In this document: positions 12,281-25,295 of the stretch, in pieces | Position numbering within the stretch: the first letter of the stretch is position 1 | Layout of the letters: every line of letters starts with the position of its first letter | NCBI GenBank assembly: GCA_030704615.1 | Contig: CM060734.1 | Coordinates: 51,832,001 to 51,896,000, forward strand | Reading direction: 5' to 3' | Length of the DNA stretch: 64,000 bases | Origin: Takakia lepidozioides | Lineage: Eukaryota > Plantae > Bryophyta | The notes under the pieces: model-generated | Seen by the model: only the letters and a program-made list of their open reading frames with translations | Databases searched by the model: none | What the model was told of the DNA's origin: nothing | Program-made: the position numbers and the translations under genes

Positions 12281-15200
12281 TCAACGCTTCTTCCGCTTTT
12301 GAGGTCGCCCTTCGAAAGCTGCAACCGCCTCGGATGCGTTTCCCATTTCTGAGGCACGCACCCAAGATGCCTCCACATGATGATAGCCCTTCCATTTGAC
12401 GAGATACTCCGTTTCTCGGTTCCTGAACCTCCTCGACTTAAGTATTGCCTCCACCTCGTACTCAGGTTCATTTTCATGATCCAACAGCATAGGTGGCGGA
12501 CGCAACACTTGATGCCGATTCGGACGCGCTTCATCTTTGAAGTAAGGCTTCAAAAGGGAGACATGGAATACTGGGTGCACCTTGCTGTTTGCCGGCAGCT
12601 CCAATTCATACACATCCTCATTCATAACCTTCCGAATGCGAAAGGGTCCCGCATACGGAGGTACGAACTTCGGACTCACTTCCGGAGGTAGTCGGAAATT
12701 CTTGATGTTCAACCAGACCTCTTGCCTGCCTCAAACTTCACTTCCCTCCGCTTCCGATTCGCCTGCCTTTCATACCGTTTCCTAGCTTTGGCAATATTGT
12801 ACTTTGCGAGCTTCAACAAACGCTCGCGTTCTTCCAGTACCGCCGCTACTGCCGGTTCCTCAACGTCCTGGGCGGCCCAACTTGTCGGCACCAGAGGTGC
12901 TTTTCCATAGACCAATACGAAAGGGGAAACTCCCGTTGCGGAGTGTTCTGTGTTATTATAACAGAACTCTGCCGCGTCTAAGTGTTCCATCCAGTCTGAT
13001 TGGTCTGCCGACACGTAATTCCGCAAGATTGCTTCACTACGGAATTCACTCTTTCCGTTTGGCCGTCCGTCGTAGGTCGGAAGGCGGTGCTCATCTTCAG
13101 CCTCGTCCCCATCTTCTTCCAAAGTGCTGCTCCAGAATTTACTCGTAAACTTTGGATCGCGGTCCGAGACAATATCCTTCGGGACTCCATGATGCTTTAA
13201 GACGTGGGCGAAGTAAAGTCGCCCTGTCTCCTGCGCCGTTGCCGTCTCCTTGGTGGGGATGAAATGGCCCATTTTACTGAACCTATCCACCACCACCATG
13301 ATTGCATCGAATCCTTTTGACAGCGGCATAGCAGTCATGAAATCCATCGAGACGCCTTCCCAAGTCCCCTCTGGAATCGGCAAGGGTTGTAACAGCCCCG
13401 CTTGCTTTTTACTACTCGCTCCGGTTTTGTTGGCATGTGGTGCATGTCTTGACATACTCCTCTGCCTCCTCCCTCAGTTTGGGCCAGAAATACTCTTTCT
13501 TCAAGAGTGCCGCAGTGCGCTTGGCTCCACCGTGGCCCGCAAGCGGGCTATCATGGCATTCTCTCAAGAGACTATCCCTGATCCCTCCCTTCGGCACGTA
13601 GAGACGCTTTTGCTTATACCGGAGCAGTCCATTTTGCAAGTGGAACTGCGATTTAACCCCCATCCTCAAGTCCTGCATCACGACTTCGCCAGCTCATCCT
13701 TCCGGCAAGCCTTCCGGATCTTCCTTTGGAGCGCCGTCTCGCCCTTGTACACCAACAAGAGCTGCTGCTTTCTACTTAAAGCATCGGCCACCACATTGTC
13801 CCGTCCCGGTTTGTACTGGATATCCACGTCGAACACTGCCAAAGTATCTTGCCACCTAAGTTGTTTTGGGGACAACTTGGCTGCGTGGCAAAATACTTCA
13901 CCGTGACATTGTCCGTGAACACCTTCACTGGGTTGGAACCAACATAGTGGCGCCAAAGCTCAAGGCAATGCACCACCGCCTTCATCTCTTTTTCGTGCGT
14001 CGGCCACCGTCGCTCCACTTCATTCAGTTTCTTACTTTCGTAAGCCACTGGACGTCCATCTTGCATAAGTACACCCCCAATCGCGAAGTCCGACGCATCT
14101 GTATGAATCTAAAGCCACTGGACGTCCATTTTGCATAAGTACACCCCCAATCGCGAAGTCCGACGCATCTGTATGAATCTCAAATGGACGATCGAACTCC
14201 GGGATTTTCAAGACTGGAGCTTCCGCCATCCGCTGCTTCAATTCAGCAAAAGCTTGGCCACAAAAGGTGTTCCATACCCAGACTTTGGATTTACACAGAA
14301 GGTCTGACAGCGGCCCCGCGATCTTGGCGAAATTTCTCACATACTTCCGGTAATAGGAGGCGAGTCCTAGGAAGGATCGCACTCCCGGGACCGAAGTCGG
14401 AGGCTCCCAGTCCAAGATCGCCCTCACCTTTCTGTCATCCATTTTGATCCCATCCTGTGTAATCACATGCCCCAGAACTCCACTTTCGTGACCCCGAATT
14501 CGCACTTTGAAGCTTTGGCATACAGCTTCCCTTCTCGCAATTTTGGAACACCCTTTTGAGGTGCTCCAGGTGCTCCTCCTTTGTTTTCGAGTACACCAAG
14601 ATGTCGTCGATGTACACGATCACAAAGTCATCCAACCACTCCTGGAAAAGGCTGTTCATCAGCGTGCTAAATGTCGCTGTGCATTGGTGAGCCCAAAAGG
14701 CATCACCAAGAACTCATATGAACCATACCTTGTCCTGCACGCGGTCTTCTCCTCATCTCCTTCCGCCACCCCCACCCCGAATTGTGATATAGCCGGAGCG
14801 CAAGTCGATCCGGCTGAAATACTTCTCCTGCCAACCGATCGAAGAGGTCGTCGATCCTTGGCAAAGGGTACCGGTTTTTGATAGTCACCTTATTCATAGC
14901 CCTGTAATCGACACACATCCGCAGCGTCCCATCCTTCTTGTCTGCATAGCACCGGGGCTCCGTAAGGTGACTTACTCGGCCGGATGTACCCCTTTGACAT
15001 TAGATCCTTGAGCTGAGTCTTCAGCTCGACCAACTCTCTGTGGCTCAACCGGTAGGGCGCCTTGGCAGGCGGTTCCGATCCAGGTATCACCTCAATCTTG
15101 TGGTCAACTCCTCTTCGCGGTGGCAAGCCGCTTGGTAAATCCTCCGGCATCACATCCTGGTATTTCTCCCAAAATCCCCTTGATCCAATCTGGGCTCGGT

Positions 15201-16831
15201 TCCCCATCGCCTTCTCCTTTCACTTCTCTAATGTAAAGCAAAAACTGGGGCTCGTGTGCCTCCTCCACGGCCCACTCCTTTGCTGATAGAAGGTTTATTC
15301 GCCCTCCCACGGATTTGGGCGTTTCAAAACACTCGTAAAACCTCGCCACCATTCCCACATGCAGCGTGACTACTCTCTTGCGGCCATCTATGACCGCTCC
15401 GGAATTTGCTCAAAAAGGTCATCCCCAAAATGAGATCCACTCCATCGATCTCGCAGATGGTGAAGTTCTCACGTCCCTCCCCAACTCCCCAGTTGAAGAG
15501 GAACATCAATCGCCAACCTTGTCGCCAACTGTGGTTCTCCTTTGGCAGAACGCACCTTAATAGAGGCCCCAACGTCACTTGTCGGGAGTCCCAACTTTTG
15601 TGCCGTTGCCGATGTCATGAAGGAGTGCGACGCTCCTGTGTCCACCAACGACACATTAGTTCCGGATATTATCCCATCCAACGAACAATAACTGACTCCC
15701 TTTTCGTAAGGCGCCAGTTTCCTGATACAACTCACAAGAAAATTTGCCTACCTTGCAAGTCCTGGCGACCACCGCTTCCACCAAGCGACTGATGGTATCT
15801 CCGACAGCTCCGTGGTCGCCCGAGTCATGTTCAATTTCCGGGGCTTCGTGCACTTCTTGGCCATGGCCCGGGCTCCCCGCAATTGAAACACACTCCATCA
15901 AAGGTCGCCTTCTGTCCGCCATAAGCCGCTCCACCCGCTTTTCCTTTTGAAGCACTGGGTGCCGCCTTGACGTGTGAAGGCCCTCCCTTCGATTTCCACG
16001 TGCCATTTTCGCCGCGTGGCCTATCCCACTTCTTTTCCGGTCGGAAGGAGTCACCTTCCCGCCGAATCTTCTTGTGGTTCAGCTCCGTACGGCCTTGTCT
16101 TTCACCCTAGGGATATCCGAGAAAATTCAGCCCTCTCAATTGCCTCGTTCAAAGTTTTGGGTGGCTTCTCCTCCAACTTCCGTCTGGCCCATGGGGCCAG
16201 TCCCGCCACAAGTTGAAGACCATTTCTGGTTCTGCCATGTCCGCGACTTCGAGCAACATCACATTGAAAGCCTGGACATACCCCCGAATGTCATCTGTTT
16301 GCTTCAAATTCCTCATCTTGTCCCAGGCAAGCCATGACGCGTTGAGGGCACAAACTGTCTCTTCAACAATTCCTTGAACCCACTCCAGTTCAAGGTTTCC
16401 GGACTTGGACCTCGGTCGTGAAGGCGTTTCTGCCACCATTGTTGAGCATAGCCCTCAAATAGGTGGGAGCCACTTCCACCCGATCCTCGTCACTCACACT
16501 TGGCCGCCCAGAAGTATTGCTCTAGCTCCAAGAGCCAGGTGTTGAGTGCCTTCCGATTTCGGATGCCCTCGAAGGTGCCGGGTTCCTTAGGCTTCACCTT
16601 AAACTTTGCCTTAGCGGAAGTGGCATTAGCCGCCTTCAACACGTCTTTCAACGTCCCGCCAAATTGCGCCAACAACCCTTCCCAAAAGGCTGCCGGCATG
16701 GGAGGCATCTCTTGGTTTGTCGGAGCTCTCAAGGATTCCTCGGGCTCCGACTCCTCGGATTCCTCTCGCTCTTGGGCGGCCTCATTTTTGGAAACATGCA
16801 TCGCTTCCTCAAACGGCCGCCTCGGTGACAA
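12281..16831 (-). pseudogene. Gypsy gag-pol (gag, protease, RT, RNase H, integrase, chromodomain), many frameshifts
   Basis: LVDTGASHSF; [20 protein letters not shown]; VYIDDILVYS; TDASDFAIGGVL; HDSPLAGHGG; SMDFMT..VVVDRFSKMGHF; GPF; chromodomain YEVEAIL..YLVKWKGY..ASW. Confidence 0.93.
14042..14180 (+). repeat. ~70-bp tandem duplication within gypsy RNase H
   Basis: AAGCCACTGGACGTCCAT...GCATCTGTATGAATCT occurs twice. Confidence 0.85.
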
Positions 16832-19010
16832 CGCCGCCCCCCATCGGGCTCACCGGGATCATCATCTTTTGGGCCGTTCCGCTTTCGCTTCGGCTTGCCC
16901 GACCCCATGATGAGGCCAATCCCAAGGACGATCGCGTACTGAACTCTAAGCTCTGATACCAAGTGTCGCGCACCTCACTTCGGTAAGCTCCCCCCTCAAG
17001 TCATAGTTACTCGCTTTGATGCGCGCGCCTGACTCCCAACCTAGCTGCCGGGCCAACTTGGAGCTTCGGCTGCTCACCGGGACATAACGGTCCCCTTTCG
17101 TTTCCCTCTAAAACCCTCCACCTAATTGGGACTAGGAGAATTCCGTTTGGTAGATGGCAGTCCGGAACAGCTCCCCACTCTTTGGTCGCTTTCCGGCTCG
17201 CTCGCTTACTCACTAGTTTTTGGTCACCAACGGGCTTGCACCGTTCTCGGGGTTACTACTCCCTATATATACTTCTGTAGCTGTCCGCGGGGGTTTCACA
17301 ACCAGCCATGCCATTTTATGGCGAACCACCACGAAGACCCTCGATTCCGGTGGTGAGTCGCGGTGAGTCTTGGCCCGCTCACCACGGCCCCTATGGACCG
17401 TGATGAGTCCCAAGACTCCCCACGACTCCCACCACGAGGTCTCCGCCCCCATGGTGAGTCCTATGCCACCCCCACTAAGTCCCACTAAGCTACCACCACC
17501 CCTTGTGGAGCCACCCCCACCGCAACCCGGTGTGCGGGGCTCCACCTAGTGAGCGCCTCCGCTTCCTTGAGTGCCTTGGGCACTCAAGGGTGCCTCAGCC
17601 CCCCCATACCTATCGCTGCCGCTGTCCCCACCACAGGGGCAGCCCCTCATGTGTCCCGACCCCCTGCCCTCAAGGCAAAGGGCCGCGACAAGTATGGTAT
17701 ATATGACTGCAGTGAGAGATATCACTTGGTTCATATGACTGTAGTCATCCAGACCGTACCATCCTGTACTCATTGTATTGACTTGGTTTGCACGACTTAA
17801 AGTCATAGAAGTCATATGTACCGTTTATGACTGCAGAATAGTCATATATACAGTCATAAATACCGCGATCTGTTGTAGTGGTTGGCAACATTTTCCACAT
17901 GCAAGCTCAAGAAAGATACACATCTACTAGACACAAAGACTTGTGTCAACACCTTACAAGCATAATATCATAAAGACTAGAACAATATTAGTGACCATGG
18001 GAAAAGATACACTGGTTGACACTGCCTGCTTATGCTAATCTAGTGACCCACACACTCAGCTTCATTACAGTGTCACTACAGCAGTAAACCCTAGGACCAA
18101 GGTATGTACTGGCCTCACACATCTGCAACAGCGTACAAACACATGAGGACTAAAAGAGAGCAGAGCCCATTGCTCTCAATGCTTAAGTAACTAGCACTGT
18201 AGTTACTAGTAACTACAATGTCAAGAAGGATGACTCCAGTGTAATCTTGATGAGTTCTCTACAACCAAAAATCCTGCTGTAGTGAATTTGTTTGGTTCTA
18301 AAACACTAGCCCCAACAAGTGGGCCTTGAGGGGAAAAATAAGCCCTCTTTTCTAAGCCATGACATTACAAGGGCACACCTCTTCCCTCACTGTTGTTAAT
18401 GCATTCACAGCTTCTATATTGACTCTCAGTTTCACGAACAAAACAAAAAGAGGGGCCTTACTTGTTTCAGCTTCCGTAGAGCCATATCCAACAGGTCACC
18501 TGATCTCGCCGACGTGTCATGTTATGGTTGGCAACGAATACCCCATAAGTATATTCTACTGCGTGCATATTCAAGACTTCGTGGATGGACATTGGACAGG
18601 CACTACAGGTGTGCGGCTACACCTCCTAAGCCGGTCTTGCCTCCCCGGCTACCAAGTCCGTAGCAGAGCTCACCTAGTCCAGAGTGTAAGTGCTGCCATA
18701 GGTGTCAAATGAGTTCACGGGTGCAGCTTCCTCCGCGCGAATGACATATGCAGATCTGTCATCAGAGAACGTCAGTGCTTGAAGGTTGGTTGGCAGTTAA
18801 CCAAGCGGTGAAGATGCTGCGTCGGACGGTCGATTTAAGATACGTGTGAATCAGGACTACACTGTGGTAGTGATTGTGTGATGCCCACTCTACACTTGCG
18901 AAGATGCTAATTCCGAGGAAAGACGGAGACTGGGACTGTTGAGAGAGTATACATAGACCAGAAAGAAGGGAAGGAGACGTTGCAGTCACACAGTGAAGGC
19001 CACGCGGTAG

Positions 19011-19784
19011 GTAAATAATGTTGGGATCGTCAAGATTGGACCTCCGGATGTAGCAGATGCAAAAGCTGTGATAAACACCAACTATGACGGGGTCAAGCGT
19101 GTAACAGAAGCCTTGCTCCCTGTTTTACGACAGACTCAGGCTGGTGCTCGCGAGTTGGCCTTCTGCAGGTCTCCCTCTCCAACATTGTGGAATTGATCTC
19201 TTTCTTCCCTCATCAGATCGCGACATATTAATGTCTATCCAGCTTTGCCTCTAGCAGGCTGGGCTTTTGTCTCCTCATCTTGTCTTGCGGTAGTACAGCG
19301 GTTTAAATAGTTTTCTGTAACGTGGTTTCTTTGACTGCCTTTTCAGTTCTTGGAAAACAAGTTTCATGAAGAGTTGGCTGATCGGGAACACATCGAAGAA
19401 GCCACTGTCAACAATTTCATTGATGAGTTTCTCCAAGATGTGAGTGCTGGGACTTGGAATGAAAAGGGTTGGCCCGATTTCGGAATGGTGTACGCTGTTT
19501 CGAAGATGGCGGTGAATGCGTACGTGAGCATACTGCACCGCGCCCTGTCTGGCCGCCCGCAAGACGAGAGTATCGTCGTCAACAGCTACTGTCCCGGGGT
19601 TACTGAAACGGATATGATGGCTCAGGCGCTCTCTGCCCCACGGCCTACGCGCAAGCCCAAGCCCCAGTGGACTGGACCCCACCCGGTTGGAGTGGGTGCT
19701 GACACTGGTGTGTGGCGAGCTCTCCAGCCTCCTGGAGGGCCTTCAGGAAAGTTCTGGGCTGAGCGGCAAGAGATAGAATTCTGA
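19011..19784 (+). pseudogene. 5'-truncated short-chain dehydrogenase/reductase (carbonyl reductase / neomenthol dehydrogenase-like)
   Basis: VNNVGI..INTNYDGVKRVTEALLP exon, then an exon with catalytic YAVSK, VNSYCPGVTETDM and GADTGVWRAL..GPSGKFW. No TGxxxGxG exon found and the IVNVSS segment is missing. Confidence 0.7.
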
Positions 19785-21139
19785 GGCCGGGGTTAGACTG
19801 CGCCCAAATGCGATGGTGGTCAATGATACGGTGTCCACCTTCCCACTGGAAGACAGTATCCCTATGGAGTCAAGTGATTACGCTTTGCTTCAGCAAACGT
19901 CCACCTGTTTTATTTTTTTTTGGTGGTCAATGATTGGACGAATTTCAGGTTTTGGCCGGTGGATAGTTTAGACATGGCCTGTCAATGAAAAACTCCCAAT
20001 CTAGGTGGCACTGCTGGATGCATATGTGGCACTTTTGAGGGGCCAAAACTGAGAACGAGCTTTTAGGTCATCCCAAGAATGGTCGAGCGGCCAAAAGGTT
20101 TTGCTAAGTGGTTACGTTTCCTGAGATGGAGATGGAGTGCACGTCGTGGAGTACGCGATGGAGGCTTGGCCGTCCGCATTTTAGCTTGTCGACACTTTAA
20201 ACACGTTTCGTTTCAGCCTGTCACGTCATCCCAACGAGCACCTGAGATGAGCGGCCAAAACGATTTTGGCCGCTCATAGCATGGCCTGTGTCTAAACCCG
20301 GCCTGAGTATCTGAATCTGACTCATGGGTTGTGAAACTTTGCCCCTTTTAACTCTGCCTTCACCTAGTGCAGTTTGACGGACTCCATCTACAAACTCTGC
20401 TTTTACACGTATTCCCTTTTGTGAGGTATCTCTGTGTTTTTTTTTCATATTTCCGCCACCTGTGAGTTTCACCCATGCCCATGTGGCAAGAATATCGAGT
20501 TGACAAAGTTAGAAAAGTGACTATATTCCAGGTGTCCCATAATCATTGGTCCACGTCAGCAAGATTAGGCTCTTGAAAGCTTGGGCTCTCCAGGTGTGTG
20601 TGTTTTTGGAGTGTTAATGTCCTACTGTCCTCGCTAGCCGAGCTACCTGACCCCAAATTGCTCAATACCGAGAGGCGGAGGAATACCGGTGGTGGGAGCA
20701 GCAATATGATCTCACAACCATGAGTATGGGTAGGCTAGTTGGCACAGCCTCCCAATTAAATAAATTTTATCAAATACATATTAAATTATATGATGCATGG
20801 TCAAGAGCCCATGAATATATAAATGCTTCCAATCATTCAGATGGACCAAAGGTGAACCAAATTATTAATAAAATATTATAATTCAATTAAGAATCATGAA
20901 TTTCTCTCTTCCCTACATAAACGGCATGGCCTAAGTGTGTTACGCCTTGTGGATTACCTAGCATTTGAGCTTGTTGTAAGTCTTGAACTGAATGAGTTTC
21001 AATGCAAGTTTGCATAAAGCCTTTATCCACCTTGGCGTTCAACTTCAAAAGAGTTTATATTTTCTATGTCACATTTTATTGCATTTCCAGGGCCTCCGTC
21101 TACTGTTTAGTTTATATATATATATTCAAAGCCTATGCA

Positions 21140-21740
21140 GTTGGCCCAAGTGTCCAGTGTCATTTAAGTCCAAGTGCAATCCCCAATGTATCCAAGTGCA
21201 TCTCCTGTGCCGTTGGCCCAAGTATCCGGTGTCATCTAAGTCCAAGTGGAATCCCCAATGTATCCAAGTGCGTCTCTTATGTCAAGGCCCAAATGCGACC
21301 TCTAGGATAGCATGTGCCGTTGGCCCACCAGTGTCATCTAAGACCAAGTGTAAGATCTTCTATGTATCCCAATACATCTACTATGTCGAGGCCCAAGTGC
21401 GACCTCTAGGTAGAATGTACCATTGGCCCATGTATGAAGAGTTGAAATGTAAGCCAAATGCAATTTTCTATATATCAGAGTGCGTCTCCTATGTCGAGGC
21501 CCAAGTGCGACCTCTAGTGTAGCCTATGGCGTTGGCCCAATGAAGACTTGAAGTTTAAGACCAAGTGCAATTTCTCATGTATGCAAGTGCATCTCCTATG
21601 TGGAGGCCTATCTAAGCCCAAGTGCAATCCTCTATTCATGTACCAGTCTCCCATGTAGAGGCCCAAATGTCAAGTGTTATCTAAGCCCAAGTGCAATCTC
21701 CTCTGTATCCAAGTGCGTCTCCCACGTCAAAGCCCAAGTT
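21140..21740 (+). repeat. Degenerate minisatellite (~55-65-bp units)
   Basis: Recurring GGCCCAAGTG, TCTAAGYCCAAGTGCAAT and TATCCAAGTGCGTCTCC motifs. Confidence 0.8.
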
Positions 21741-23049
21741 ATTTTTTTCCATGAATTTATTGAGTAATAATACATCCAATCATTTTTTACATATCTCTCC
21801 TATCAAGGCTCCAATCATTGTTCCAGGAAAGCCCACTTTGATATTTTTCGCGAAATTCCAACAACCAAAAGTACTTCAAATTCAACATCTCCCCCACCTC
21901 AGGTCCAAAAATCATGAGACCAAGCTGGTGCACCCCTCCTCATCGAGGGCTACCAAGCACCAAGGGGACACCCCACAGCTTGGGACATCTGAGCACTACA
22001 AAACAAAACAAAACAAAACAAACAAACTACCTTACTTCATATATCGATTTTTCATAATTTAACTTCACTGCGCTTTATGATCGCCGGCTTGAAGTCCTCT
22101 GCTCCACCTACCACTCATACTCAGCACACAGCTTATTTTTAAAGCTTGCTGACTTCTCCATCGCTTGTATGTTGGAGTGGATGGGTATGTTGCACAATGG
22201 GATGATGATATGTTTGTAGTCAGATTTGTTGTGATAACCTTTTTACTCTCCATGAACCTTTCAATCTTTTCTTGATGTTATCCTTTATATATGACGCTTT
22301 GTCGCATAACCAAAGAGTTTTTGGTCTTCTCTTTAGGATTCCAATGCACTCTACCAAGAGCATAGGCCACCTAAAATTTCAGGTAAAGCAGGTAGAAATG
22401 ATTCAGCATGACCTCATAGGTCTATGCCAGATTCAGCGTCAAGTCGTGCACACACCTGCAAGACACAGAAGATCATATAAAATCTTGCGCAATGTTTGAA
22501 AGATCAAGTATCAAAGTGAGAGCCCAGTAAACTGGGACTCTAAACTGCCTAGCAAAACTATGACAGGCAAGGGGTATGCAGTGGTATAACTACGTTACCA
22601 TCTGATCTAATTGAGGATTCACAAATGATGGAAGTCATAGTTCTGAGTCCAACTCTATCCACCACCATGTCTGTTCAGCAAGAAAGTGCACATCCTACTT
22701 GCAAGTTAGGACTACCATCTGTTAACTGGGCTTCAACCCTCTGTAGCTGTTACACAGTCAGATGACATGAGATATGGCACTTAGACACATTATCTTGCTA
22801 GGGCTCGGGAATTCTATTATGCTCACATTGAACCCTGGTAATATCTACGATAGATTTCCAAAAGATTGTGTGGGCATGCTGTTGCTCTATTCCAGAGTGA
22901 GCCCTTCCACATTTTACTCACAAGTTTGAGAAGATGTGCATCCACTGCAAACACACCATTGCACGTCCCTCCTGCTCCAAGGACACCTGGAAAATACTGA
23001 ATGTTAACACACTTGAGAGTGCCTGATAGCATGTGAAGCCACCCTCCCA

Positions 23050-23420
23050 ACTATGAACCAATATTTTCCCACTTTATTCTCTGATCACCTATCTCAAAAT
23101 AGATTCTTTTCCCTATCTCATTAGGGGCAATGGCACTTTATTTTTTTAAAAGGAGATAGATCTCTCATCTCCAATCACAGCCCTATCACTTCATATAAGA
23201 TTATGACAAAGGCTCTAGGATTTTGCCGATGTTGCCTTCTATTATCAGACCAGATGTCGGCAGAGTGATTTTCGACAACATTGTGCTAGCTTTATTTGAA
23301 GCTCAATCTAAGGGGCAGCTGCAGGTATTGCTAAATTAAATGTTAGACACTGCGAAAACGTTTGACACAATCAGTTGGCCTTTCTTGATGGAGGCTCTCA
23401 ACAGAATTGGGATTAGAATT
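23050..23420 (+). mobile_element. LINE (L1-like) RT fragment
   Basis: KKGDRSLISNHSPIT..YKIMTKAL..GRVIFDNIVL..LDTAKTFDTISWPFLMEAL. Confidence 0.7.
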
Positions 23421-23449
23421 CATGCCCCTTCCATCAAATACTTTCTACC

Positions 23450-24750
23450 AGTGCAAGACAGATTGGACAAAGGATCCGTAGCACCTTTCACTACCACGGC
23501 CTTCCTTGTGCATGGAAAGTCAGCCGCACATAATGTCTTCCTGATACACTCTCCATTCCACTGCAAGGGCTTTCGGAAATTTCAGAGGTGTTGTCCTACG
23601 GTACAACCACATGGCTTTGGCAATGCCATGCTCTTCCCCAGCCGGATCCCTCTCCTCCCCTTGTCTGCTCCACCCCAACCAGGTGAGGGCTATGGCAGCG
23701 CAAAGTGCAATGGACTTAATTATCAAGGTGGCATGTACCTTTGTCTGCCTGCTGTTGTCGACATGGAGTGACTAGAGTAGCCAGGAGTTGTATCCCCACA
23801 TAGGCAAGATCCCTCACTGAAGAGATGATATGCAGGCTCCCTCACATACAGCAACTGTCATATACAGCCATGGAGTTCTGTGCTTCTCTGCAGGCTGCTT
23901 CCCTCTGGATCCAAATCTGTGCATCCTCTGACTCCTTTGGTTCGTCCAAGTGACGTGGACATATATCTAAAGGTTCCATCGAATACACCTGTTTGGAATC
24001 ATAATACATCTCTTTAGCACATAGCATGGGCATTCTAGATCTGCAACTTCTGACATCATAGCAGGTCCAGGTTCTGGCTTGGCACCTTCTACCGGTCTTG
24101 CCCCTCTGGTCCAAACTGTGGGACCGGGAGTGCCACATGTCACATCTGTGGTGCTCAGAAGACAACATTGGCAGTGCCAGGATTGACACTATGCTTGCTA
24201 GGATAGCTTCATCATGCCATGGCTGGCTTACATTGAAAGGTTGCCATCTAGGGGGAGCTCTGCCCTTCATGATACATCATGACCAACATACGTGGGCTCA
24301 GTGAGACATCACTCTGTTCGTCTCTCCCTTATCCCCATCGAAAGAATGTACTCATAAGACGTTTGCCGTAGCCTTGTGGCCCTTGACCCCGCGCTCAGTT
24401 TGAGTGGGACAGAAACTACCTCTGTCAGGGGCTGACGCTGGTGGTATGACTTACATTGGAACAGACTATCAATCCAAGTTTTCCAGATATCCTCTAGAAA
24501 TCCCTTCACACAAGCATGTGTGTGGTTTGCCCGATAACTAGGCCCCAAAAGGGCCTGGACTTTTGGCTCAGCCTCGAGACTTCAAAGTTGGTAAACAGAG
24601 ATTCAGGCACAATTCCCTTGATGGATTTGAAGAGAGCGTCTCTCTCATCAGAGACTTATCCCTATCGAAAGAGTCCATCCAGTTCGACTTGCGTGTGAAA
24701 ATCCATGGCTGGTGGACCCACCTGCTTCACGCAACAGTATGTATCCAGAG
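23450..24750 (-). mobile_element. Degenerate LINE RT and C-terminal fragments
   Basis: VKQVGP (resembling GVKQGxP) and ILASIVSILALP-type segments typical of the LINE ORF2 C-terminus; many stops. Confidence 0.45.
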
Positions 24751-25295
24751 CTCAAACACTGACAGGTAGTGGTTTTGGAAGTTTTTCTAATGGCAAGCCT
24801 GTGACAGGCTTAGTAACTCCGAAAGTGAGACCTACGTCCTCAGACACCAGGGGGTTTTCAAGTGAAGGTTTCCTGGTTGACAAACAGCTGCACCTAAATC
24901 CCTCCAGACAAAAAATACAGGACAATACCTTATCAAAAAAGGTGAGATTGTCACACATAGGGATGACCTAAACAGCTAGAGTGATGTGAACTGGAAGTCA
25001 CCTGGGAAATCAGCTTGCACAAGTGAAGTACGCTGAAATGGAAACAACACCTCCATTTGATACTTCTTGTCCCTTGAGCCCATCTTGTTTCGTTGCACAC
25101 CCTTTCATTCTTAGAGACAGCACACCCCGAGATGGTATCTGCCTTCCGGTGAAGGTTACAGGATCAGGCTCTCTGGCATACAGGAAGTCCTGGAAATCGG
25201 GCAAATGAGCATGCACAAACTTAGCACCTGCAGTGACTGGAGACTCCTCAAATAGGAGCCCAAATCCTCCGGACATGCCTTCCCACGAAGATTCC

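Larger units (their letters stand above)
10742..17690 (-). mobile_element. Full-length Ty3/gypsy chromovirus (Galadriel-like)
   Basis: LTRs 10742-11460 and 16964-17690 with TGTCGCG...CGCGACA ends; 5-bp TSD AGTAT (10737-10741 and 17691-17695); tRNA-Met PBS TGGTATCAGAGC on the minus strand (16950-16961). Confidence 0.96.
10190..17880. mobile_element. Second CACTA remnant (right end only), host of the gypsy insertion
   Basis: Terminus TGTTGTAGTG at 17871-17880 (reverse complement CACTACAACA). ATGACTRYAG/AGTCAT subterminal repeats on both sides of the gypsy (10190-10365 and 17700-17860). No left TIR found. Confidence 0.6.
5148..18267 (-). mobile_element. Ty1/copia LTR retrotransposon, degenerate, with nested insertions
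   Basis: ~350-bp direct repeats at 5151-5496 and 17922-18267. PPT-like TGAGTGGGAG on the minus strand near 5500-5509. AAAAT on both outer flanks (5144-5148 and 18268-18272). Internal gag-PR-INT-RT-RH in copia order. No clear PBS. Confidence 0.8.
1..18284. mobile_element. CACTA (En/Spm) DNA transposon, right-hand part, interrupted by a nested copia
   Basis: Terminus CTGCTGTAGTG at 18274-18284 (reverse complement CACTACAGCAG). Removing the copia (about 5148-18267) joins this terminus to the 1-5147 segment, which has a Ptta/En/Spm-like ORF. The left TIR is not in the window. Confidence 0.55.

Noticed and set aside
19969-20294. hAT-like MITE (TAGACA...TGTCTA)
   Set aside because: Short imperfect TIR and no TSD.
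21140-21740. CRISPR-like array
   Set aside because: Units are degenerate tandem repeats without unique spacers; eukaryotic context and no cas genes.
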